Source: Glaucostegus cemiculus (lineage: Eukaryota). From it: DNA of 64,000 nucleotides. Of the stretch, positions 52,911 through 64,000 are shown piece by piece. Under the pieces are notes generated by a model, which saw nothing but the letters and a program-made list of their open reading frames with translations, had not been told where the DNA came from and made no database searches. The stretch's first letter is position 1, and every line of letters starts with the position of its first letter. The translations under genes and the position numbers were made by a program. The DNA is taken from the NCBI GenBank assembly GCA_976551045.1, contig CDPCPM010000239.1, positions 2,418,001-2,482,000 on the forward strand, given 5' to 3'.

Positions 52911-55042
52911 GTTCTACGGTGGAACATGTTGATATTGTAATGCCCAGCATCATAATAGTATTTAGTTTATGGATTTTACAAGGTAAATGTTTCAATTTAA
53001 AACATGACGGAACATGCTATCACCAAGTTAAAACACAGAGAACTTTCTCATCTTCTTTAATGAAAAGTCATACCTCTTTATTCTTCAAGGAATAAAACAT
53101 CACTGTAGTTGATTTCTTTAACAGATTATTCTTTACTAAAGTCTATGCAATTCACCCACTGATGAGTTCCCACTGTATCTGATTAGAAAGGCTTATTTCC
53201 ATCCCTTAATCTTTCACTTTAATCACTTTGCCATTCTCTAATTATATATAACTTTATCCTTCTGCATAAGTAAATGATCTAAAACCAGTAATCATTGACT
53301 TCAACCTTTCCTCAATCTTTTTGCACTGTTTCAAACCCTTTACTAATCTATTTTGTCCAGATTATGTATAATACTCAGTACACAGTCTCACCAATATTTG
53401 GGTTTTTTTTTTACATTGGTTTCAAAAGATTAGACATTACTGCAGACATTCACAGAGTAAATCCATTTGAGAGGCTGGCATTTAAGTAAATTGGATTCAT
53501 TAAAGGTCCTTGTAATTTTTGTAATCCATCTCCCTCTTTTTTTATATATATTTGATGTTTAACAAAGTAAACAACATAACACATCAGATCCTGTAAGTCT
53601 CAACCAAAGTCTTCCGTGGGAATAAAAAATGAGAAATGTGATTATTTACCTGACCTAAGAGATTTTCTGTTACAAAATTAGAATTATTGGAATACACATT
53701 TAGATGGAATAACTCTGGTTTTTCAAGGCAAATAATATGCAGAAAATTCTTAACAGATCTGGCATTGTAGAGAAAGGAACAGATAATGTTTTAGGTTGAT
53801 AACCTTTTTTCATTTAAACTTGACTTCCTGAATAATGCCCAGTAACAGGTTGCTTAGTGATGCATGACTTTGAATGCGACTCATTTTCTGTTAAATGAAG
53901 CTTCATTTTCAATGCAAGGTTGCTTGATTGAGTTCAAAAGCTCACTGTTTGGAAAACACCTACCTAAAGCCCATGGGCTGATGTTCTGTATTACAGCATT
54001 GCCCTATCTACTGGAGGGTATCACCGTGAAGAGCATTGGTTTAGACAGGATTGACCAGATAATTAGTTTTCCAGTGGTCAGTTTGAGGCAACACGGCAAC
54101 AAGAAAGAATCTAAAGAAGTGTTGAGCAAAAATCTCCAAAGGTTCAATATCTTTGGTTCAATTGTAAAAACAAAACAAATATTTTGACAAGTGATGGACT
54201 GAAACATAATGGTTGGGGTCAATTTTCATCTAGCAAAGCCCCAAAACTGTTGTGCAAGATACGGGAAAGGGATGGGTGGCATGGGGCCATTGGCAGACAA
54301 TGTACTTCAGCTGGTCATTTGTACTTTTAGCTCAGCTGGGGCATTAACATATTGGGTCCAGGTTTCCTGTCTGATAGGGTGAAGATCCGTTTGGACACAT
54401 TGCTGGATTAGGCTAAGCTGTAAAAGAGGGGAGGATAAAGAACATCAAAAGTGCCACGTTTGCCCCCAGATTCATTGATGTCTCACTGCAGAGGGCTATA
54501 AGGGCTCACAGGATGATTATATGCCCTGATTATATGAAGAAAGTACCGTCAGTAGAAACCCTTTGGATGGTGGCTGTAGAAGTCAGCATCTATAACCACT
54601 AGAGTTGAAAATTCTAAACCTTTACAACACTTTAAAAAAAAATTAGACCCATATCCACTCTAAATGACTGACCCCTTAGTCTGAGACTTTGTCCCCATGT
54701 TCTAGAATTTTTGTCTTTGTCCAGGAAAGGAATAGCCATCCACTTGAAGCAGTCAATGTGACAACCCAACAATTACATTTGGGTTTTCACCTAGAGCTTG
54801 TGAATTGTGCCACATTTAATGATGGGCACCCTAACCCTGGCTATTCAGCACACCAGTGACCTGCAGGAAAGTGCTTGGCACACGAGCAGAAGGCCATAGG
54901 AGAGATGAGTGATGGGGACTCTCCTGTCCTTCAATAGGCAGGACCCACATATATTGTCTGGTATCCCAATAGACATACACCTCTGAATAACTGGAGGTGG
55001 AGTTGGTTGTGGAGGAGCCATATTTAGCTCTATAACTCTCAC

Positions 55043-55112
55043 CAACTGCGAGCATCCAGAAAAGGGATCTGAGCAGCCCGTCTCTTTCCTTGATGAAGCC
55101 GTGGGGACTGCA
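55043..55112 (-). CDS. SCN3B: Candidate SCN3B signal-peptide exon
   Basis: Acceptor tttaacacttccttcagcttctacatag, donor G|gtgaga. The phase-1 end fits the next exon. Reads CSPHGFIKERDGLLRSLFWMLAV then VRYCQLVCVEV, with a hydrophobic core and local CpG enrichment; no suitable ATG. Confidence 0.65.
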
Positions 55113-57754
55113 CTATGTAGAAGCTGAAGGAAGTGTTAAAACTAAACACTTAATACATATACACACACTGGCATTTTACAGAAAAGTGCTACATTTATAA
55201 TGTTTGCTTATTATGAAAGTATAGCCTAGAAATTAGATTCTATAACATTGAGTTTTACCTGGAATAGTATATAATTGCAACCACTTTTACATCACAATAA
55301 TTCAGATCTTGGACTAAATTTCCACCACCTGCCTGCCCACCCCCCAACACTGTTCCAGTTGCAGATTCTCCCATCTCACACTAATTCCTGGTTCTTTTTT
55401 TTCCCTCCTGAGCTGACTTTTCTATTTGTGTAACTTGTATCCAGAGTTTGGCTTCATTGAACCACAGCTGTGCAACAGACTCTCTGCAGTGTGTAGCCAC
55501 TGATGGTCCAGGAATAGTCTGCTGCTTCTCCTTAAGTTTGACACTACAGGCGCTAAAGCACTATAAGCAGCCCCTAACATAAACTACAGAACCAGAAATA
55601 GGCAGCAAAGTTAGCTCAGTCCTCTCAAAATTTCTTCCAAAGTTTATCAAGAACTGAGGTGGGGGGGGGGGTGCTTTAAACAGCATCACTCATGAGCGCT
55701 ATATTTATTGCCAGACTGGATACTCAACTCCCTAGTTTTTGCCATGGATTCACTGGCAAGTTTCAAAGCCCTGGAAAACCTGTATAATGGGATTAAATTT
55801 AAAAAAAACTGCAATTGAACTTGCAGTTTTGAGTGAACAATGTATTTAAATTACATTAATAAAATAATTAAAATAATAAACCAATACTAATCTATCTCTG
55901 AATTGAATCAGGAAGTAGGTGGGGTTACTTTGAATTTGGTGACATTTTTCATTACAGATTTGCACCACACCCCATACTGACAATGTAAAACACACTTGCA
56001 TTTGGGGGATTAAATCTACTCCTCACGTCTACTCACCCACCCAAATTTTACTCATATGGTTCCCCGTTCGGACATGGAGATCAGATCTGTGAAGGCACAG
56101 GAGCGTGCTTAGAGTATATATTTAAAAACAAAAAAGGGTAAAAATATTTCCATTTACAAGAAATTGCATCATTTAAAGCCGAATAGAAGAAACTAAATTC
56201 AGAAAATGTGGGGAGAATCAGAGAAAATAGAAAAGATTCAGTAGTTTTTAACAAAGATGTTATAGTAACTAATACTGTCGTTCTAAATGTTCTTCATTTC
56301 TGGGTAAATATGTCAAAGTAGTCACATGTCAATCATAATGCAGGGACAGAAATTGCAAGGAATAACCTGCAATTTTGCTCTTCTTGCCTACAAGGTTCCC
56401 AATTCTCATAAAAGTTAACTAAAAATCCATAAACCCAGGTATATCAATCAATTATCATTTCTCCATCTAGTCTCAAATGATGAATCAAGTTCCCCCAATG
56501 TATAAGGAAGAATATTCCTCCCCATCAGATGACAGTTATTATTACTAAAATACACCGGACAATGACAACTGGCAGCTTAATATTAACAATCTCAGCTGCT
56601 GACTGTTTTCCTACTTAGTGTGTAAAGTATTTTGCTTGAACTCTAAGCCAATGTAAGTAATGTTCAGTACTCGCCAAGTTATCCAGCACTGACACATGGA
56701 GCAAATGTCACCGCTCAATTCCATTCTATTGAAATGCTACCCTTTGTACCTAGAGGGAACTTTAAACCTCAATCTTCTGATTTAAAAAAAACTAATGCAG
56801 TCAAATGATATCATAAAATAGGTCAGTTTCTTGCGAGTTAGCTTACTCAACAACTTGTGCAGTGAATCCAAAAATAAATGCCCACAAGACCCTTGAAATT
56901 TCTTATTTTGTAATAGAATATATATAAAATTAGTTAGTTTTTGAGAGAAACTCATGAAATAAATGCCAAATATGTAACATTTCTGTGTTCATATTGATGT
57001 ATTAAAATTGATCTGTTGGCTGGTCAACAGTAATTCAGAAAATCATGTAAGTCTGCTTTGGCTTTAATGAAGAAAAATTCCTAAACTTGGATATTAAGGT
57101 TATGTTTAATGTGTTGCATGATTGCAAAAGTGAATTGGAATCAATAATGTTATAGGTATGCAAATATATTTTTATACATAGTATTGTTCTAAGATAGACT
57201 ATACTCTGCATTGAAAACCTATTGTATCTCCCTACAGTACATGGGCTGTAGTCTTAAAATAAACATGATGTAAGCCATGGAGTTAAGACTTAACAGCTAA
57301 TTAAGAAACTCCATAGGAAGATGGCATAACAGGATGGCAGTTGTCCAGTGAGAAAATTCTACATCACAAACAATAACAATATGAATGCCAAATTTGAATT
57401 TTTAAAATAAAATTCAACACTAACCTGTGGTGATGGTGTATTTCTAGAGAGTGCATGAAAGGTGACTGCGATGACTGGACGTTCCCAGTTGCTAATGAAC
57501 GGGGAAACTGATGATTTTGTGGAGGAGTCTGGAATACTTCAGTAAAATAGTAAACTGACATTCTAGTTTTCTGACACGTGCAAGTGCTACATCCATTTGT
57601 GAATGGGATGAAAAAGGACTGGACCTTTTCAACACATGGAAATAATTTGAGTCAAGTCAAGAATTTAAGTCCTGAATAGATAATTGGAAAATTGAATTGT
57701 CAGATTGACAGAAAAGTTCCACAGCCAGAAGCAGAAACCAGGTGAGCCTGTTGA

Positions 57755-57955
57755 TGAAATGAAAACAGGAAATGCTGGAAACACTCAGTAGGTCAGGCAG
57801 CATCTGTGGAAAGAGAAACAGTTAATGTTTCAGGTTGAAGATCTGTCATCATTGTTCCAAAGAAGGGACTTAATCTGAGATGCTAGGTCTATTTTTTTTT
57901 CTATGGATACTGTCTGACTTGAGCATTTCTAACATTTATTGTTTTTATTACAGAT
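57755..57955. mobile_element. Inverted pair of Penelope termini
   Basis: aaatgctggaaacactcagtaggtcaggcagcatctgtgg followed by a degenerate inverted copy. Confidence 0.65.
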
Positions 57956-59359
57956 TGGCATGTTTTATTTCCAAGCCTGTTGATGATTTCCTTATGAAAG
58001 TTAGAAAAACAGTCAGTCAATGCATATTCGAGGAAATGCATGAAAGGTTAACAAACCTGCTCATTTGGAGCTTGGTGCACGCTGGCAAGTAGAAACCATT
58101 GATTGGGAAGGAGGAGTTCACTAAAGCACAAACTGTGGATGCAGCCAGAGCACAGGATGCCTCAAATGGATGGACTACTCAAACAGCCACCCTTCAGGAA
58201 GCAGATTGATGCATTAGGTAACAGAAACACATGGATAGACTTTTAGATATTAAAGGAATCCAGGGGTATGAGGCTAATACAGGGAAATGTCAATGAAGTA
58301 AAAGATCAGGCATATTATTGAGAGATACAAGAGGCATCTCCTGAATGGCTTACTGCTACTTATGAAGACCAGCTTGAAAGAAAGCCATGCAAGAGCTGTA
58401 GACCACCATCTGAGTTTATATATAAGAAAAACTGTGTATAGTGATCAACCAGCAGATTATGTGGCAAGCTGAACCATTGGGAGATGATATGCAAATTGAA
58501 AATGAAAACCTATAGGGGAATTTACAAAGAAGTATTAATGGGAAAGAAGCAAAATGTGAATATCTATACTGTAGAATATAATAGAGTGTAATGGCACATG
58601 TAAGATATTGGAATCACACATCTACATGGAGTGACAGGATGCAGCAGCTCCTAGAGAAAAGAAATCTATACAAATCAGGAAAGAGGATCAGTAGCAAACT
58701 CATAACTATCAACCTCGTTAAAACTGGTAACGGGAGTGCAGAGTAACAGCACACCACTCGGGTTGTATCAAAAGATCTTCCCTGAATGTCTGAACACAGA
58801 TGGGTATCCCAAGGAAAATGTCATGAAACAAAGATGCGCTGATGGCATATTGGAGGAAATAAATTTCTACAACTTGGAGCAACCCAAATCAGACAGATTT
58901 TTAACAGGAAAGAAGTTAGCTGTGAACTCAATGTCACAACTGCAATGCTGGCTCTGATAAGTTGTGAGGTACCAGGCAGTGGCACTGGGGTAAAACTTTG
59001 GTCATGATCCTGTTGAAAGTTGAAGCAAGCATGAGGGGCTGAATAGTTTACTGTTGTACAGTTGATTTCAGTAAACCAGATGGTGGAGGAAACGGCACTG
59101 GAATTGAAAGCAAAGTGCCAACTGAAAATTGCCTTCCAATAAGAGGAATAACACACCCAATGCAAAGGTACCCAAAATGTTTTGATGAAACAATATGATG
59201 CTATGAATACCATTTCACCGTTAACCCCCAGGGGTAATCAGTGATTGCATCCCCTTTAAATTATGAATCAATTTGAAGGGGATATTCAAAGGAACTCAAA
59301 ATGGGTAATAGCTGAAGACACTAAATATATTGATATTCAGGGTACGTTTTTGATTTGTT

Positions 59360-59970
59360 AAAGGTTGTGTCTGAATAACTTGATTAAACTTTTTGAGCAA
59401 AAAACAAGGATGGTTGATGAGGGTGGTGCATTTGATGTGGTCTGTGAATTTTAGTTAGGTTTTTGCTAAGTTCCCACATGGTGAGCTGCTCAAAAAAGCT
59501 CTTGGGGTCTAAGGGAGAATAGTAGATTGGATCCAAAAGTATCTCAATGGCAAGTAGCCAAGAGCAATGACTGATGGGTGTTTGTTGTGACTGGAAGGCT
59601 GTTACCAGTGAAGTTCCATGTGATTTGTAACTGATCCCTTCCTTCCTATAATGTCTATTAATAATTTATCCCTAAATATAGGGAAACTGATTTTAAAAAA
59701 AAATGCAAGAAGTGTGGTCAATAGTTAGGTGGAAAGCTTTAGAGTGCAGGAAGATAGATGGTCTGGTCACTTGGGCAGAAAAGTGACAAAAGGAATTTGA
59801 TCCAGAGAGCTGTGAGCTAATGTATTTAGATAGGTGCAATAACACCAGGAAATGTGTGATAATTGTGGGGATATTGGCGTAGAGGGACAGAGACGGGAGC
59901 ATCAAGGTGCAACAGGATGTAACTTCAAGAAAAAGGAGGAAAAAAACATGTTCTTTTTGTTTTCTGGAAC
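59360..59970 (+). mobile_element. CR1 LINE RT fragment
   Basis: CLNNLIKLFEQKTRMVDEGGAFDVV and FAKFPHGEL motifs. Confidence 0.8.
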
Positions 59971-60738
59971 TGCATGTAGTAGAAATGAAATGGAGATTAT
60001 TAACTTTATGTTGCACTGATGATAATTAACATGCAGATAGTGATGTTTTTTGCCCTACCAATTTGATACAAATTTGAATTGCATTTCTTAAAACTTAAAA
60101 GAATATTTAAAACTAAAGATATTTGCACATAAAGATAGTTTAACTTCTATTTTCAATTTATGTATTTATACTACACCATCACCTTAACGTCTCTAATAAC
60201 CTTGGTAGAGATCTAAAATGATTCTTAGATGTACTCATTAAAGTTATTGCAACAGTGTAAATACTTAGCTTTACGTAATAAATGTCATTTCTTCAAAGTT
60301 GAAGAAACGCGCTTTATAAAGGTAGTTAAACTGAGTCATGGGATATTCTCAGACATTTCTAGAATGCATTGATGTTGACATTAATGCTGATATTAGTAAA
60401 AGCAATGGTGTTAGAAAGTGAAATTCTTGTTTTGTTGTATATCCAAATAATTTTAATGCCACTTATGACATACTTGATTATACATGCATCCAATGTAAGG
60501 TCTTGGGAGAATATCAAATAAACCTAGATATCTGTATTAGAGAGCTCCATACTTCCTATGTAATACTCTGCACAGTCTCCATAATTGCACATAGTTCATC
60601 TTAACGTGTGCACTAGTTCAAAGATTCTGTCATATGTATAGAATAATTCATACTTTGTGGACATAAATTTTCATCTCCCTTACTAATATTTAGAGTTTTT
60701 CATGCAGGTTCTTTATATACCATTTGCACATGGGTTGA

Positions 60739-60778
60739 ATTTCACTCTACATAGTGAAATTTCACTCTACATAGTGAA
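60739..60778. repeat. 20-bp tandem duplication
   Basis: aatttcactctacatagtga twice in tandem. Confidence 0.85.
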
Positions 60779-61504
60779 AATGACATCAAATTGTAATTGA
60801 AAGTTTGCAATCTGATAATTTTTGTATGTTCTGAATGCTGGCAGCTCAATGAAAAGAGGATTTGGTTCCTTTTTGCATTTTAATTGGTTGATCTCCATAA
60901 ATCAGACAACAGTTTCCATTTCTTGCCAGCTTTAAAAAAAAACACAAGGCTGCCTGGGTATTAACTTCTAATATTATTTTTCTTCATCTGCCCCCGGTTT
61001 TGTTTTATTCCCTTGTCTTCCAGTTTCAGACCACACTCCTTCTCAAAATTCTCCTTCCTTTTCAGAATGTGAGCATTGTTTTGTCTATAATATTTTAAAC
61101 AGTTGTTTTGTTTTTCTTTTCTTCCTTAATAGTTCAGAGAATGTGATTGAGGCTTGGATGTGGATCAAACCAATAACTTATTGATCAGGAAATGTAAGTA
61201 TGTATTTGGTCCATTTGCTTCGGGAAGTCTGATTATTATCACCAGAAAGTTCTTTGATGTTAGCCTTATTTATGGTGTCAGCATGGTTTGGACTTTGACA
61301 TGTGTATAATGCTGCTTTTTTTTAATATATAAATGGCTTTTTTCCCCACAACTGTGACCCAAACCCAATTAATATCATGCTTCAAAATAAAATTGAGGAT
61401 TAACATGGAAATATTTAAAGTGGGCTTGTTCACATGACATTAGTTGTGTATGGACACAAAATACCATCATCATAACGGATATGAAATGCCAAAAATTTGT
61501 ATCC

Positions 61505-63450
61505 AAATTGGCTAGCTCGTCCTGGATCCCATGTGATCTGACCCTCTGGACTAGCCTACCATGTGGGACCTTGGCAAGGCCTTGCTAAAGTCCACATAGA
61601 CAATGTCTAATGCCCTGCCCTCATCAATCCTCTTGATCTCCTCTTCCAAAGAACTTGAGAAACAATTTCCCATGCACAAAGCCATGCTGACTAGTCCTAA
61701 CAAGTCCTTGCCTTTCCAAATACAGGTAGAATTTGTCTTTCAGAATCCCCTCCAGTAACTTTCCCACCACTGATGTTAGGCTCACCAGCCTTTAGTTTTC
61801 TGGCTTGTCCTTCTTAACGAAATCACATTAGCCAGACTCCAGTCTTCTAGTACCTTGCCTTTAGCCGACAATGACACCAATATCTCTACCAGGGCCTCAG
61901 CAATTTCTTTCCTACCTTCCCACACCATCCTAGGATTGTGATGGACAGTCCCTTTCCAGGAACCCAAAAAGGCTTATTGCTAACCTCAGCTTTTTAGCAC
62001 AGCAGCATGACCTGTCCAAAGGTCAAGAAGTGGTTGCTCATTAAGCTAAAATCCTTTCAGCAAAAACAGCAGAAATTGTTCAAGGCTCAAGATGTTTGTT
62101 GTTTGCTAAATTAAACTTCTAACCAATATTCCCCATCAACAAGAGAACAATGGGATCCTTGTTTACTTAATTAAACATTCAGGTCAGCTGGCCTGAAAAT
62201 GTGGTTGAAAAAACATCACGTCAATGATGTCAACTAAGTGAAAAAATAGAAGTTAGAAAGCAATCAGGGTAGCGGAGAATGACAGAGAGAAGGGGTTACG
62301 GAAAGAAGACCTAGAATTCATTCCTTAGCCTTTGGTTTTCTGATGGACGATTTGTTCATCTGCAACTTGTTGGTATGGCTTTTTAGCCTGTAAGAATTGT
62401 ACATGGGTTTGGAAATCCTTTGTAGGTTACAAGTTGTTGTGAAGAATTACTTATTAGAATTAAATGTGTCTCACTTAAAATAAACTGTGTTTAAACTGCT
62501 TTGTTAGCTGAAAGTTTCTTCTCCTTGGCTGAAGGGGAGACCCACCATTCGAAATAGTGATCATTGACAGCTAGACCTTTCCGTAGAGACTAAAGTAGTG
62601 AAGTAAACTAGTCCTTGAAGTGTTGGTTGATGCAGTATAATCTCCCTATAGTGAGGGTACTCGTAGATACTTATGCCAGATAGAACTTAAAGTCTTGACT
62701 TAAGTTTAGAGCTCGTGGACAGTACACTCAATATCACCACAGGACACACTTGGTCAGGACAACTCTCAGTGATTTATCTGTCCTTCTGTGCTTTAAGACT
62801 GCTAGCACCTCCTGTTTTGTAATGTAGATATATTCAAGACGTCACTATTCTCTTCCCTGAATTTCCTGGCTTCCATGACCACCACCGCAGTAACTACAGA
62901 TTTGAAATATTAATTTAAAACCTCATCCATCTTCTGTGGCTCCACATAAAGACAACCACATTGTTCCCTAAGGCACCCTATTCTCTCCCCTAATACCATT
63001 TTGCTCTTAATATACTCACAGAATTTCATAGGATTCTCCTTTACCTTATCAGCCAATACTATATTTGTCCTCCTAATTTTCCTCAAGTTTACCCCTACAT
63101 TTCTTTTACTCCACACGAGATTCTGTCATTCCCAGCTGCCTATAGGAGGACACATGCCTCCTTTATGCTGACCAGAATCTCAGCATTCCTCATGAACCCG
63201 AGGGTTCCCTCAACCTGCCAGCCTTGCCCTTCACTCTAACAGGAACATGCTGGCCCTAAACTCTCGCTATCGCACTTTTAAAAACTTCTCACTTGCCAGA
63301 TGTCCCTTTACTTGCAAACAGCCTCTCCAAGCAACCATTCCAAGTTCCTGTCTAATGCAACCAAAATTAGCCCCTTGCCTCAATTTAGGACTTTAACTTG
63401 TGACCAGACCTATCCTTTTCTGTAAATGTTTTAAAACTAATAGAATGATG
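61505..63450 (-). mobile_element. CR1 LINE ORF2 fragment interrupted by a solo LTR
   Basis: LADKVKENPMKFCEYIKSK...MDEVLN and EIAEALVEI...VLEDWSLANV motifs; the CR1 sequence resumes across 61937-62741. Confidence 0.9.
61937..62741 (+). mobile_element. Solo LTR (805 bp)
   Basis: Termini TGTGATG...CACCACA (imperfect inverted repeat); 4-bp TSD GGAT/GGAC with one mismatch; AATAAA at 62479-62484; cleanly splits a CR1. Confidence 0.8.
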
Positions 63451-63782
63451 GTGTCTCACTGTAACTGTTGACTGTAAGTGTATGTTAATATAAATGTGAT
63501 TAACTTATTCCAGACTGTTAGTTTATTATCTTTGATTACAAAAATGTTTCTGTACATGGATACTGACCAATTAACTTGGTTGGCAGGGTTGGTCAGTCAA
63601 CCGGTGGCAGATGAGATAGAAAGAGTGATTTTTATCTCCGTCAACAATCAAAATTATCTACCAAAAATACTTAAGAAATAGAAACCCAAAAATGTAAAAA
63701 TAAAATGTTTAACAAACTGGGTAGCTTTGGCCACTGTTCCTCACAAGGACCCCCTGATCACAACATATTCACATCATGCCAA

Positions 63783-64000
63783 ACATAGAACATTACAGCA
63801 CAGTACAGGCCCTTCGGCCTGACATTTTCTCCTGCTCTAAGATCTATCTAACCCTTCCCTCCCACATTGCCCTCATTTCTCGATCATTCACGTGTCTATC
63901 TAAGAGTCTCTGAAATGTCCCTAATGTATCTACCCCCACAACCTCTGCAGGCAGTGCGTTCCATGCACCCACCATTCTCTGTGTAAAAACAAACTTACCT
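63783..64000 (-). mobile_element. CR1 3' end, running off the window
   Basis: catagaacattacagcacagtacaggcccttcggcc is a reversed CR1 terminus. Confidence 0.85.

Noticed and set aside
56036-56054. MSKIWV mini-exon with a gtgagt donor as the SCN3B first coding exon
   Set aside because: Too short and not hydrophobic enough for a signal peptide; the 55043-55112 exon fits better.
58821-59213. 130-aa minus-strand ORF as an SCN3B N-terminus or a separate gene
   Set aside because: No phase-compatible strong donor; it overlaps degenerate CR1 sequence and has no recognisable domain.

Overview
AT-rich, repeat-dense vertebrate genomic DNA. The repeat complement (CR1, V-SINE, Deu-SINE, Penelope termini) suggests a cartilaginous fish, probably a ray; this is inference. 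Two convergent genes match the human GRAMD1B-SCN3B gene order. On the + strand are the last three coding exons of GRAMD1B (Aster-B) and a ~6.4 kb putative 3'UTR. On the - strand is SCN3B (Nav beta-3), with four clear coding exons, a candidate signal-peptide exon lacking a suitable ATG, and a 3'UTR intron. Between the two genes (~15.6-19.8 kb, - strand) is a candidate heavily decayed LRR-TM-TIR (Toll-like receptor) pseudogene split by a Penelope element. Other notable items: Penelope termini with minimal hammerhead ribozyme motifs, TSD-bounded nested insertions (Penelope containing L1 and a SINE tail; CR1 containing a solo LTR), a Tc1/mariner MITE and a near-perfect 104-bp inverted repeat. Most ORFs in the supplied track are spurious or TE-derived. 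All translations and coordinates were worked out by eye; repeat boundaries are approximate unless a TSD or TIR fixes them.
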